A stretch of DNA of 64,000 nucleotides from Lama glama (Eukaryota), in assembly GCA_028534125.1 (NCBI GenBank), contig CM052829.1:1054001-1118000 (forward strand), given 5' to 3'. Below are positions 36,851 through 50,020 of the stretch, in pieces. A model generated the notes under the pieces. That model was not told the origin of the DNA. It made no database searches and worked only from the letters and a program-made list of their open reading frames with translations. Each line of letters opens with the position of its first letter. The first letter of the stretch is position 1. The translations under genes and the position numbers were made by a program.

Positions 36851-39800
36851 TTTGGTGGTGGCTCTGGAGGAAGGCAGGGAGCCGACAAGCAGAGGAAGGA
36901 TGATTAAGGACAAATTATTAACGCAGACGACATCTTGCTCTGCTCTTGGAGACACCGAGACCCTCGGGTGTCTGGAGCTTCAACACAGCGGGGCACTGGG
37001 AACGTGGCCGTTCGAGTCCAATGAGGCACCAATGAAAGGGGCCTCCAGTGGTATCTCTGATAAAAACGAGTGATGCAGGAACTCCTCCTTTATTTTAAGA
37101 AATAATCATTTTTTTAGCTGCTGTAGACCAAAGGCTTCTGGGAACCACCAAAAAACGACCTTTAATTGGGCACTTTGCTATTTCCTTCTCCATCAATATG
37201 TTTACAAATAAATAAGTGAAACGTTGTTAGTCAAATCTTCAAAAGTTCTATGGGTGTGGGGAACGGAATGTAAAAATATATGTGGAATTAGGTTATGCTT
37301 AAAGCCTTAGTATATAGAACTTACAAAGAGAAATCTACCTCGTGTGGTTCAGATTTCCTCACTCTCTTGAAATCTGCTATTGATTTGAAATATATGTTGG
37401 TATGTCTTTTAATGTCCCATTAAACGTTACCTCCTCCTTCGTGTGTATTTTCTGGGGACCAGGAGCTGGCCTTGCGTGTAGGCGGTTTGTTCCTGCGAAG
37501 GGGAGGAGTCCAGATACATGAGTGGAAGGAGGTCTCGGCTCCTCAAGGGTGAGCAATGGGGGGTGAGTGGTGTTCGATGCAGGCGGCCGGTTCCAGGCAC
37601 ACGCCTGACCCCACGGAGTCTGGCTTCCACCCTCCCCACGTGTCTGCCCCCACTCCAGGACTCCCCGCTGGTCCTCACCCACCACCGTCACGACCTGCAC
37701 ACCCCGTTCACCTCCCTTCTTCTCAAATCCGCACTTGCTGCAGGGTTTTGTCCGAGGGTCCCACCTGACCCTCTCAAGGTCACCTGTGTTTCTCACCACT
37801 TGATGAGTTGGCACCCTCACAGTCCATTCTGAGAGCCTGCCATGGACTGAATGCCGGTGGCCCTCCACCCGGTTTCCTGTGTGGAAGCCCTTCCCACGGT
37901 GGGACAGCACTGGGAGGGCTGAGCAGCCCCAGGTGAGGCCGGAACTGAACTGAGTCGTGGGACAGCCTGGTGGGGGTTCAGAGAAAGGGAGAATTTGTTG
38001 GTGTTGGGGATGCCACCACGCGCCTGGTGCCGGGAGTGAGACGGGCTGTGACCGTGCAGAGCGGGGTGTGTATTTTCTGTTTGTTCTGTACTTTCCCACC
38101 TCATCTACAGTAACGCAGTGACGTGTGGAAAAGAGCCAGAGAGAGTGGGCAAGAGCAACAGTCATGGCAAAAGGAGGGTGTGGGTGACCAGGTCTCCCCC
38201 GACCAGCTGCAGGGGTGAGAGCCTGTGGGTAAGGGGGGGCTCCTAAGGAGGATTTTCTTTGTAAGAAAAAGGAGCTACCCATCCTAGGATGAGGAAACCG
38301 GATGGACAAGAAACAGAGCTGTGGGACGAGGCTGGATTTTCATCTAGCCCCTGTTTGGAGAACACCTGGCCTCCACCAGGCATGGAGTTCGCCCTCCCAA
38401 GTACCCAACCCGGCGGACACGCACCTGTGCACCCAAATCGCTTACAACGCACTGCATTTGGAGCTGGAAATGCTCACGGGCAGGAGGGGAAGAGCCTCTG
38501 TGCTCCCTGCCTTCCGAATGGGGGTGTGCAACAAAAAGGACAGACAATGACTTGGCACACGGATGCACTGTTCTGAGGAGGGTTCAGCTCCACACCCCAA
38601 GATGCTGGCAGGACCAACTAGATCACGGGGTTAAAAACATCCCCTCCTGGGGGAGGTGGCAGTTAAGTAAGACCTGACGGCTCTGAAGGATCCACGGAAG
38701 CTCCAGGGGGGTGGATGGTGAACAGCAGGAGAGGGCGTGGCCATGAGGAAGTCACTGCCCAGAGTCAGCATGACAGCTGAAGCAGGATGGCCTCACCCGG
38801 GATGGAAGTATTTGCACGGAGTGAAGACACCTGGGTTTGGAATTCGAAGCCACGGGACTTGCTGGTAGAGCGCGTGAGGGTTTCCCCGCAGCACTAGGTC
38901 TAGGAGGTGTGGGCTGGGCCAGTGGAAATGGCTCGCAGACCCGGGCCAGTTCCAGGCTTCACAAACAAACACCTGAGAGAGTGGTGTTTCCTGGGTTCTG
39001 TTCTGATTCTCATGCGAGGCCCAGGGCTGTAAAGACCCCAGCTGGGGCCAGTGTGCCGGCCTCAGGCAGGAAGGCCCACCACCCACACAGCAGCCCCCCA
39101 CCATCCCACTTTCGTTCCCAAGTCCCAGCCGACGCTGGCGTCCCTTATTGGAGCCCAACGCTCTGTCTACAAGCACTGTCTCAGGGCAGGACCCTGAGAG
39201 CTCCAGAATCTTACAATTTGATGGGCAGAGGGACGAGGGCCAAGAGAGGCTTTGCCAGCTGAGAGACCTGAGAGCAGAAAGAGAGGTGGTCCATGGTCGT
39301 AGGAGGAAGGGACCACGGGAAGCCGAGTGACAGACAGGAGGAAGGGAAGGTGTCAGAGCAGGCGAGGGCATCGCCTGTCAAAGAGGAGGAAGGGGTGCGT
39401 CCCCACCGAGCACGGGAGAGGGACGTCACCCCGAGGAGGCCTGTGTGGTGGTGGAGGAGAGGAGCGACGCCCACCAACAGCCTCGAGGTGAGGCGGTGGC
39501 CAGACCAAGGTGTGAAGGGTGTGCTAGGAATCGGGGAAGGAGGGGGACAGGTGGAGGGGATAAGGTGGACCCAGAAAAAGGTGTAGAATCATCCTGGAGA
39601 AAATGCAAGGCTGAGTGGAGAGAGGACAGTCCAGTATCATCAGACGGTCACGCTAAGTGGGGTAGTTTTGTCATTTTCCTTCAGCAGCGCCTCACTGCTT
39701 GGGTGTGAGGGTGGAGGTAAAAGACATTGGGGTCCGCTCAGTGTCGGGCTCCGCCGCACGAAGTTCACAGAGGACTCTCCCAAAGGGTGGAGGACATCTG

Positions 39801-42800
39801 CAGAGGGGCAGTTCTAAGGGCAAACCAGAGACTCTACCCTGAGTGGAGAAGAAAGCTAAGGTCTCAAGAAGTGAAAACAGAATGAGTCTGAACTGGCCGA
39901 GGGTAGGATTCATTCATGGGACTGAAAGGTCACTTCCAAGGCTTCCTTGATTTGGAGGGAAGAGCAGCTGTGAAGGTGTGGATTTAGGGCTTTGGAAGTG
40001 AGCTCTCTGTAGGGACACAGAGTCTCTGCTGTGTCTCAGGAGATGATGGCTAAAGTGGGCAGAAAAAGTCCCTGCAGAAATAGCCAAGGAGGCTACAGAC
40101 GTGGAGGAAACCGGGAGGAGGGGGCACTGAGCCGGGGGCTAAAAAGTCCAGGGAATGAACGGTGACCAGGAAGGGGTTGGGGGACACAGGGGTAGGACCA
40201 GGCGGTAGATGCCTCTGGGGTCTCCTTCCAGGAGGGGGGGCAGAGGGACGGTAGAGACGTTAGCAAGGACAGTACCAGCCCCCCACCCCCCACCCTGGAC
40301 ATGGCTGTCCATCATCCAGCAAGACTGGCATGAATGTCCTCCTTTTCCAGGGAGGAGGCTGCAATTCAGAGGAGCTAGAGCTCCTGCCCGAGGTCACAAG
40401 CCGCAGGTTTAACCGCCCCCCGCCGTGAGCCAGTGGTGGGCCCGCAGGGAGCGGTCAGCACAACTCCTGCTACCTTCTTCTTGAAAACGGCATTACTCAC
40501 GCACCGGCCTTCAGCACACACGGATGGAGCCATGCAATATGCTGTATCACTATACTAGAAATGCTTCAGAGAAGGAAATTTTGACTGCGTAAGAGAGAGG
40601 CAGGCTGGGAGCACACCCAGTACCCAGTGCCCAGTACCCGAGGTGCGTTCAGGGGACCCTGGCAGCAAGCCCTTGGAACGGTGACCAGAAAAGGCGCCCA
40701 GAGGCCGTGTGACTGGGGTCCACCTCGGCACATATGAGCCGTTCACAGAAGGGAAAACTTCCAAACCGAACGTGCTTTAATTGATTGGAAATGCATCCAA
40801 CTTACAATCAAATAAGGATGCTCTGGGCTCACTGCCAGAGGATATTAATCTACGGGGCTTTTCAGCACCCTAAAGGTAACCAGCGGGGACTGTCAAAAGG
40901 CCTTCCTTTCCAAGTTCTATTCATACGAATGATTTTCCTTTTAATAGTCAGTGTGCATTTCATCAATAAGATGGAATGCCACCTCCGCGCCTCATTCTCA
41001 AAGAAGCAGATTCTGTAAAACATGAATGTTTAGCGTCTAACAAAGAGATTAATTCTTCTACACTTTTTTTCAGGCATGAAATACTAAATATGAAAAATAG
41101 CAAGTCCACTGTGAATTTATTAAGTGACATTTCTGTGTCACAGTAAGAATATGAGAAATAGAAACATCCAAAGCAAATTGTTGCTGCTAACTAAGAGCTA
41201 TAATAATTGAAGATAAGGGGAATAAACACATTGAGAAGGAAATATTAATTTAATCGTGAAGGAGGTTGTTGCTTGATGTGAACTGTAAACTGTAGACAGT
41301 TCTTTGGTGAGTCTGAGGTTGTGGAAATGGCGGCCGTCATGAGCAGATTTAATGACATAATTGATGTTATTACAAATATGCCTAAGGTGTCTAGAACTAC
41401 GTCTTCTATTTGGCATGTAGGCTTTAAAACTTAAAAGAAGGAATAATAGATGGCTGTAGTCATACCAAAATTTACAAGTGAAGGGATCCTCAACAGCCCT
41501 GAGAGAGCTGCAGTGAATCAGCTCAGCTCCACCAACTCAAAAGCAAACAAAGCCAGCAAGTTTTGCAACGATTGGTTTTAGGTTTAGAGGGAAAAGGTGC
41601 AACTGTTCACAATCTGGGCGGCAAAACAGTCCAACTGACTGACGTGGAGAACAGCTTCCGTGGTCGGACGTTACACCGCAGTCCACGGAATCCGTGACGG
41701 AGCAGGGAGGTTGTGTCCCGGGAGCTGGAGCTGCAGCAAGCACCTGCTCCCCTCCGGCCGAGCCGGGGGTCGCTGCTCTCTGAAAGCTTTGTCACCAGAG
41801 CTTCCGACTACCTTCTGTTACTGTTTCCCTTCCTCTGGAACATGTCGCAATAATTGTCATTAATGACAGGATATAGCCCTTTCCTCAATATTTCATTTGA
41901 TGTGTGTATCTTTGAAGCAAATATATTTGGAAAAGTGAAAAATAAGTGTGGCTGAATCTAGAGAGAAAGAGATGAAGTGGAAGGCACAATCTTATGATAA
42001 AACCCATCTGTCATTTGAAATGTTCACGGAGTAACACGTCCACTGTCGCCACCCAAAATGCAGCTCCGAGCGCCTCTCTCACGTGCTCGCTGCACGCTGT
42101 GGGGACAGCAGTGCTGCAGTTAGGGGTCTGCTTCGAGGGCAGACACAGCCCGGGGGTGCGGGTTTAGGAGCGGGCGCGTCGCCGAGGTGCGGTTTCCGGT
42201 TTGTTCCGGGTAAGGGAGGCGTGAGGGCTGCGGGGCCACCAGGAGCAGCAGCCTCTCAGTACAGGTCTGGGCTTCGGAAGCGGCACGCTCTGCTCTTATG
42301 CCACCCTCTCCCCCAGGCTGGAGGAGGGCCTTAATAAGGCTCAGCGAGTATACGGCCCCGTGTCAGAAATTCAGGAAGCGACTGTCCGCAGAAGCCTCTG
42401 AGACACCCCGCTCCCCGACGAGCCCACCCCCGGTTACACCTGCCTGGCTCAGACCACCAACCAGACGGACGCCTTCCACCCACTTAAAACACGTTTAAAT
42501 TATTAGTTTTATCTTACTTCTAGAAATGTGGGTTTTTTAACTATAATGGGGCTCAGTTAATAAAATTGCCTACCAAATTAGGAAGACAATTTTTCTGAAA
42601 TGAAAAAGCAAACAGTTTGACACATTTTAAGTAATAAAAGTTAGCTCTTCTGTTATAGTACTCAAAGAGTCATGACTATGTAGATTTAAACAGGAACAGT
42701 CAAGGTGGTTCCGCCGGGCACACATACAAGACCCTAAGAAGCACTAAAAAGGCCCCTTTCCTCTGAAGTACGGCAGCCTCAGGAGACAGGGAAGGCTGGT

Positions 42801-44119
42801 GGGGAATATAAAAATCCATCTTTTTAAACAGAGAAACCATCTATTCACTAAGCATAATTTTAGATTTAACTTAAGGAAACCAAACATCTGTTCTGAAGGT
42901 AAAACATGAACGACAAGACGTCGGAGCCCTTTCCGCTGGGAGACACACCTGGGCTGAGTTAGCTGGCCGGCTTCACCAGGCGTTCAGGCGCCCAGAGGAG
43001 ACAGGCAGGAGAAGGCGTTTGTTCCCCGTGAAATGTGTCAGGTGGAGGAAACGCCGTGGTGTCGTTGGTGTGTCATCACGTGTCAGAGGGCAGGTGTGGC
43101 AGCCGCTGTGGCCTCCCCAGGGCTGCTCTCTCCAGCCTCGCTGGCAGCCCTCCCGCTGTGGCTCACCCTGTACTGGGCCACAGGTGTCCAGTTAAAACTC
43201 TGAAGCTAGAGCTGCAGAGAGGAGGTGTCAGTGGCCAGTGAAATTCTACAGCCGTCTACTCGAGGGGGCTCAGGGCAGCTATCACAGAAACGTGCCGGGC
43301 TCAGCCGGCCTTCAGTCTTGGCCCCCGGCCCTCTGTCACATTTGCTCACTGGTGAAGACACGGGAGCCTCCGGCTGTGCCCCGGACGAGGCCTCGCTCTA
43401 AGGACGGCAGGACAGGGCCCACGACCCCGGGAGGCTGGAGCCAGGGCTGCTGGATGCATCCACCCTGAGCGGTCTGATTCCTGTTCCACCTTCCAAGTGA
43501 CGAAAAAGGTTCTCCTGCCACCATGATGTGGCTTCCTAGTCTCCATCCCTCATGAGTGAAATCAGTCCCCAACAACGGGCGCGTCTGAATGAAGTCAACT
43601 CACTCCCATCTTTGAAGCGCTCCCTCCTTTAGGTGAAGCCCAGCGGCTTCCATGTACCAGACATGCAGTGCTCGGGGTTTGGATTCGAGACTCCCCATCC
43701 TCTGTGCTCTGAGGAGGAAGATGCAGACCCATGTGACAGAGAACCATCCCAACACACGTGGCGCCACAGCGCTGCCCGTGCAGCACCTGCTTTGTGCCAG
43801 CGCTCCTGATGTGTGCTGTCCCCTCCTGGTCTCACAGCTCTGAGAGGGAGGGGGTGGAAGCCTCTTTCTGTGGCTGGGAGGCTGGAGTCAAGGGCACGCT
43901 GCTGCTACAGGGAAGCCAGCTGAATTCCTCTTTCCCACATGGCTCATGCTTCCTCTACGTCTGACGCGGCAGGCAGACCCGCACCCCTTTCCTTCCTGCC
44001 CGGCTGCACCACCAAATGTGGGGCTCTGGCCACCCAGAGGCTCAGCATACACCTCGTGCTGGACTGCAGCTCGGTGGGATCTCCATCACTCAGTAGCTTC
44101 CTTCATACCCCAGCTGCCA

Positions 44120-44445
44120 TGGCCTCCTGCTGGGCAGCGTATGCTTCCCCACCCACGACTGCTCGGAGCCTGGGATGGTCACCAGATGTGAGCAGGCAGG
44201 TCACGAGCTGAGGCTTGAAGTGTGCTTGTGCAGCAGGACAGACCACCCTGTGCCTCAGTCACAGGCCTCAGACACACGCCCCCACTGGCCTCCTCATCCT
44301 GGGCCAGGTGTGAGGCACGGAGACTATGCCAGCCACACCCAGCCAACCCAGCCAACGCAAAAGGTGTGAGAAGAGCAAACAAGGGCGGTTTTAGGCCACG
44401 GAGCTTTGCGGTGGCTTGTTCACAGATTTACAGTAATATGGCTGG
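44120..44445 (+). mobile_element. Old MLT1 (H/J-like) LTR fragment
   Basis: cacccagccaacccagccaac...gtgagaag...ggttttaggccacggagctttgcggtggcttgttcacag. Confidence 0.55.
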
Positions 44446-44519
44446 TACAGCTTTTTAGAATGAAGAAAGAGCAAAAAATGCCTAAATATCTAATTAGTCG
44501 AAAACGCTTTACAGGTTTA

Positions 44520-44636
44520 CACCATCACCATCATCACCATCACCACCACCATCACCATCATCCTCATCACCATCACCACTGTCCTTATCATCTTCATTGT
44601 CTCCACCATTTCCACTACCACCATCACCAGCATCAC
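44520..44636. repeat. (CAY)n simple repeat
   Basis: caccatcaccatcatcaccat..., degenerating toward the right end. Confidence 0.9.
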
Positions 44637-45469
44637 AAGCCCCCAAGCTCAGAACTGTCTGGATTCTGACTTTCTCTCTGGAGTAGCTCTGCTGTTTGCA
44701 AGATTCGGGGTCCACATGCAGTTTATGTCAGTCATCTCTGCACATTGATTATAAAAAAGATGACGCCTTTCATGTTGATAACTCAGAAAATTCTGGATGT
44801 GACATGCGTGGGCATGATTTATGAGTTGGTCAGTGCACTTCTAAATAATCTCCAACTTGGAGACTTTTGGCAAGGATGCAAGAGAGCATTTTTAAGCATG
44901 AGAAGGAGGGCTGCAGGGGTTGGGGGGCTTGAAGACTGAGGCATCTATCACTAAAAACAGCTGCGCCAGGTACGTAAGGGAAACAATTTCTGCTTTAGAT
45001 TTGAAATCTTAATACTCCGCAATCAGAACCATCTGCTCCAGCTCCAGTGCCTTAGCGCGCTGCCTCTGTGGCTCCACCTCTTCCCTTCTGTTTGTCGCCG
45101 TTACCCAGGCTCTCAGCCTTCTTGGACACCTCGTCCTCCCCTACCTGCTCCAGAACTGTCCACCCTCCGCCCCCTCGAGGACTGTTTCCTCACTGCTTCC
45201 TCCTAACTCTGTTCCAGTATCCTCTTTACTGCAAAATCGAAATGCTAAGACTGGGGGTGGGACTCAGCAGTGGCACTCGCGTTAATCACAAGAAGCTCTT
45301 CTGTTTCTTCTGTGGTCCACGTGGGAAGACCCAGTCCACAGGAAGATGTGCAGGAGGTCCTCACGGCTCTCAGGACCCAGCGGGTGAACAGCTGCTTCAC
45401 AGCAAAAGGAAATCACTCACGCCCTTTCCCTCCGTGAACACACGCAGCCTTCACAGGGTGCGCGCCACG

Positions 45470-45575
45470 CTCAGCCCTGTTTGACAGAGCAGGGGACTGA
45501 AGGCCCCCAGGGTTCAGTAACCTGTCCAAAGCCCCACAGCCAGAGGGGCAGGGCCAGGGTCCAACTCCAGCCCAG
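45470..45575 (-). mobile_element. MIR fragment just past the SMOC2 poly(A) site
   Basis: tttgacagagcaggggactgaaggcccccagggttcagtaacctgtccaaagccccacagc. Confidence 0.6.
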
Positions 45576-45629
45576 GGCCCCCGCCTCACCTCCCGACACT
45601 AAACACCCTTAGAATGAAGCCAAAGGCAA

Positions 45630-47117
45630 AGGATGGTTCTGAAAGCGTACTTTATTTCCATCTAAGAAAAATGATTAAATTCAAAGTTCAGAATATAAAA
45701 GATTATCCCATAAACTTAGGATCGTAACTGCTCCTTAAACAATGATGACACCCACTTGAGCTGGTCTTGTGGCTCCCAAGTTTCCGTTTTCAGTTTCATG
45801 CAGTTTAAATAAGGAAGACACCTCGCAAAATGTCCTCATGCGGGTTCACAGAGCACTTTACAGGCCGGTGTTGGGGGATTCGGGGCCAGGGAGACTTTTG
45901 TTTTGCAACCCAAAGCTAGAGCTGAGACAGCATTGCGACTCGCCCCTCAGCTCTGGGGCCGTCGCCCCGATGCTCTGTGGAGCCGGTGGGTGCCTGCTCG
46001 CTCAGGGATGCCCAGGTCCAGCTCTGAGGGGGCGGTCGGCTCCCACGCGGGCCAGTTCTGGTGTTCACAGGTCCCCACCCGTCCCTCTCAAGCCCTACTC
46101 AGATGACTTCCAGGAGCACGAGGGGACGCAGGGGACCACGGGCACTTGTCCCTGGCGGCCAAGACCAACACCCAGCACAGCTTATCCTGGCTGTGCCTCC
46201 TCTGAGGAGGCTGCTCAGAGTTTGCTCAGGGCCTAGTTTTACCTCCCAGCGACCCCCGGGGACCACGGTAGGATGGGCAGGGGCCGGGCGTCCAAGTGAA
46301 AGCAGGCTGACAAGCGCGTTTAGCTGGCTTGGTCAGGTCATGATTAAATTTGCTTTTCTGAATGACAGGCCGCTTTACGCTGCCTCCGGATGCAGAATTA
46401 ATTCTGGAGCATTTTACTGCGTGAATAATCTGCGCCCAAGGCACAACTCAAACAGAAGCCTGAAATGGAAAAGCCAGCACCAACTCTTCTACAAACAGTT
46501 TGAAAAATACTCTTCTCTTCCAGGGAGCTCCCTGTAAAGACTGCATAGTGGTTGGCCAGCTCACGGGGGGAGGGAGAGCTCGGGAAAAGCGGAACAAAAC
46601 AAGTCAACACGGAACCCTAAGAAGCAGACAAACCCATGTGCGTGTGAACTGTGTGATGAGAACGGCTGTAGATCCCAAACCTCTCCGGAATCAACGCTTC
46701 CAGCACCCGTTCAGCAATGCTGTCGGGACAGTTGATTCCGAAGCAAACTTGGCAGGACCCCTAGTGGGGGGGGGGGGCTCAGGGCTGGAGCCGGGGCCCC
46801 TGAGGCTAAGGTTTCTGCTACGTTAACACGTGTCGGATGAAGAAATTAAGCTTGAATCCATTTCAAATACATCTCCACCAACTACAGATTTTGAAGGTCA
46901 CAGAAGGACACATACATTGTATGTGGTTAATTTTCTGAAGCCAGCCCTTCCGTTTTCACAGATGAAAGCAGTCTGTTTAAATATCTCATTTCTACAAAGT
47001 GAATTTACAGTTAAAGTACAAAGTGCAAATACTATGTGTTTTGTTTTTGGTTTTTAATTGCTTTTTGGTGAGGGAGTCTCCCACGTGTTGAGGGACCGCC
47101 ATGGATGCTCCAGCCAC
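45630..47117 (-). other. SMOC2: SMOC2 3'UTR (approximate 3' end)
   Basis: Runs from the stop codon to the first canonical AATAAA I found, ~1.46 kb downstream. The cleavage site is inferred. Confidence 0.7.
45651..45656 (-). terminator. Polyadenylation signal AATAAA of SMOC2
   Basis: Plus-strand tttatt in an AT-rich patch. A U-rich tract (cctttgcctttggcttcattct) follows on the minus strand. Confidence 0.7.
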
Positions 47118-47135
47118 TTATCCTTGCTTTCTTGG
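47118..47135 (-). CDS. SMOC2: SMOC2 terminal coding segment PRKQG-stop
   Basis: Acceptor gtctttttttcag|CCA AGA AAG CAA GGA TAA. Same as the recalled SMOC2 C-terminus PRKQG*, in phase 0 with the 38-nt exon. Confidence 0.93.
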   Translation of the reverse strand, partial: PRKQG

Positions 47136-47316
47136 CTGAAAAAAAGACACAAAAGAGATTGGTTAAGATGTTTGCATCACTCACCTCTGAAGACCAAGGC
47201 TCGCCTTCTAGGAATGAGGCAAGCCTCACTAGTAACAGCGAGGGAAAAAGCAATATATTTAAAAAGATATGAAAAGAAAGAGCTTTATTTGGGGTGTAAG
47301 AATAAATTAAAACACC

Positions 47317-47468
47317 GGGAGGGGGATATAGCTCAGTGGTAGAGCACATGCTTAGCAAGCACGAGGTCCTGGGTTCAATCCCCAGTCCCTCCATTAAAAT
47401 AAACAAACAAACAAACAATTAAACAAACCTAATTATCCCCCCAAATTAATTTTTAAAAATTAATAAAA
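47317..47468 (+). mobile_element. tRNA-derived SINE (camelid Vic-1-like), full length, in the last SMOC2 intron
   Basis: A box TAGCTCAGTGG 47329-47339, B box GGTTCAATCC 47372-47381, (AAAC)n then an aacctaatta-ccccc-A-rich tail. TSD aagaataaattaaaa(aa)cac at 47298-47315 and 47469-47488. Confidence 0.9.
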
Positions 47469-49258
47469 AAGAATAAATTAAAAAACACTCTAGATACTTC
47501 TTAATTTCTAACACTTTTCTTCCACTCAATGATGAGGAAAAAATAGTTGAGAAAATTGGCATTTATTTCAAATACTGTTTAGTGGACTTAATATATTAAG
47601 CATCTGCAGAATCTCCAGTCACCACAGATTTATCCTACAAAAATCCTTTTAATAATCTAATTAATGCCTCAAATTTGATAAAGGCATTGTTGTTTTTTAA
47701 TTATTTTCGTGTACAAATTTTGGGGTTCATTTTTCTGCACATACCCATTCCAACCAGTACGAACCAATCTATTTGAAATAATCACACGTTAACGCTTGGG
47801 AGGATCCCTGAGGAGTTTATGACTAGGAGGGATGGAGAGAAAGTGTATGCGCAGCCGTAGGTGACAAGTTCTGCTTTAATTAGCCATGGGTACCGACAAG
47901 TCATCGAGGCCGGTCAGAGCCATAGGGAGAAGGCGGCACTGACAGGTCACCCGTGTCACCACCGGCTCGACGGTCTGGTTCTCATCCCTCTGAACCACAG
48001 TGGGAACTGGAGAAGAGGTGCAGAGGCTCACTTTTTGATTAAATATCAACGCCGTCCGTCCCATCTGTGCTTCGTGTAACGTGTCTTGCCTTTGGTCGAT
48101 CACACAGGGGAAGACTTAGGGGGCTGGTGCTCTGCTCGTCAAAGAAATCTTTATGGTCTTCAATTCCGTAGCCGGTGCCAGCGCAGCAGGACAGACTCCC
48201 AGGACCACAGTTCGCGGTCCCTGCAGTCAGTTTGTACATTCCAACACCGTGAAGAGCTGCCTTTTCCACAGAAAAAAGCTGAAGAGTGAGGCTCAGGCAG
48301 AGGCAGCACACATGTGCCAGTCACGGGCTTCATCTTATGAAAACAACCATTTGGGAGTCTTTGGAGCGCAGCCGGGGTAATTGCTTTCAGACCAGCCTTG
48401 TTCTAAAGTGCAAGTGATTTGCGGTAGGATTTAAAACGTTGAAACCATAAACACTCGTTAAACAAAGACGACGACCTGATCACACATCCTTCCTAACGAA
48501 ACGGTGTTAAGTTACATCTAAGGTGTGTGAGCTGGAGGCCCCCACTTAACCCCACGGCAAGCACCAGGGCCTGCCTCGGGAGGCGTCTACCTGACGTCAA
48601 ACAGGTGAAGACAAAATAAACAACAAACTGGCCAGCGGCTGGAAGGGGGGCGCGGCCCTGGCTCCGAGGGAGGGAGGAGTGGCTCCGCTCACGCTTGTCT
48701 TCTGGAAAATATTCTGGACTCTGGAGAGGCTGAGGCACGGGGTGCGGGGAGAGAGACCACGAGATCTCCCCAAGCCTCGCAGGCAGAGCCGCGGATGCAG
48801 AGACACAGAGGCACGCTGCCAAGCACGCACGGCGGGAACCGAACACCCCTTTGGCGCTGCCCCGGACTCGTCAGGATCGAGGTGAAGAGAACGCTCACCT
48901 CTCCCTGCAGTTCCCTCAACGAAACGTAAGACATAAGTCACACGTCCAAACTCTGAAGACTTGGTTTTTTTAAAAAAATAATCCATGAAACAAGGAGACT
49001 CAGAAATTTTCCTAAAAATACTAAAAGAATTGAAATTTCAAGGAGTTAAAACAATTAGGGCAAAGTCTTTAAGGTGATGATCCAGCAAGTTGATGCTTCA
49101 GACAGAGCTTGCACGGCGGGCATTTGGGCGTCACAGGCGAGCCCACAGCGCGCTGCTTTCCATGGAAGGTGCTCACTGTCCAGATCTACAGAACCTCCAT
49201 TTTTACCGCCCACGGTGAAACCAGCAGATTATTAAGGCTTAAGTGTGGACACACTCAC

Positions 49259-49296
49259 CTGTCTATTAGAAGTGCTGTCAGCATTACCTCTAGGGG
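49259..49296 (-). CDS. SMOC2: SMOC2 small penultimate coding exon: (A)PRGNADSTSNRQ
   Basis: Acceptor ttttcccctcctag|CC, donor AGACAG|gtgagt, 38 nt, phase 1 to 0. Matches recalled human TPRGHAESTSNRQ. Not in the ORF track. Confidence 0.93.
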
Positions 49297-49789
49297 CTAG
49301 GAGGGGAAAAAAAAAGATGTTAAAAACCAGATATTCTTCATTTGATAAAAGGTTAACTGTAACTTTTCAGGAAGGAATACATCTCACTTTAGGGAAATGT
49401 CATCAGCTGGCAAACTTATTTATGCAAGAAAATATGTGTATCTGCTGACACTGAGCATAGACTGTAAACGTCACAAGTAAACAGTTCCCCGCAATTCAAA
49501 CACTCCAGCCCAACTTTAGAAGACTATTCCATTTTACCAGAAGTTCCAAAGGCATGTCGTCTCTGGAGACCTCCTCCCCCGTGTTCCTCAGACCCTCCCA
49601 GAGAGAGAGGGTAGAGGCAGCGGGGAGTCAGGGAACCAACACCGGCTCTTTGAAATCTTTTGGTTTTATATATAAATCGCAAGACTCATTTAACTTGTTT
49701 GGCTGAAAATAATTGTTCCCAAATTCAACTTTGGTTCCGTCGGCACCTTCTTCAAGACCGGGACCTGGGACATCACTATGGAGACACCT

Positions 49790-50020
49790 TTTCTACCCCA
49801 AATTTCCACTGAAAATTCCAGCCCTCCCCACAGCCTGCCCCTTCCGTCTCCTCGGCAGGCATCACCGCTGCCCACGGAGTTTTTCTTATTTATCTCGCTT
49901 CTTGTCTCCACACTAAAACGTGACCTCTAGAAGGGCGTGGGTTTGGTCTGCTCTATTTCCTGTGGTTTTGCCATTGTTTAGAGTGGGGAGCACCTGATCA
50001 ATATCTTCGGAATGAATCAG
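49790..50020 (+). mobile_element. L2 3' end fragment
   Basis: tgtctccacactaaaacgtgacctctagaagggc...tcaatatcttcggaatgaat. Confidence 0.55.

Noticed and set aside
37339-37451. Pair of small minus-strand exon candidates (35 and 21 nt); similar cases near 41.4 kb and 42.55 kb
   Set aside because: The implied introns are only ~33-57 nt, below the usual mammalian minimum. This shows that by-eye micro-exon calls have a real false-positive rate.
44406-44669. Poly-His ORF
   Set aside because: Translation of a (CAY)n simple repeat with no supporting gene structure.
47317-47395. tRNA gene (also at 56540-56620)
   Set aside because: A and B boxes are present, but it has a SINE tail, TSDs, multiple diverged copies and a mispaired acceptor stem, so it is a tRNA-derived SINE.
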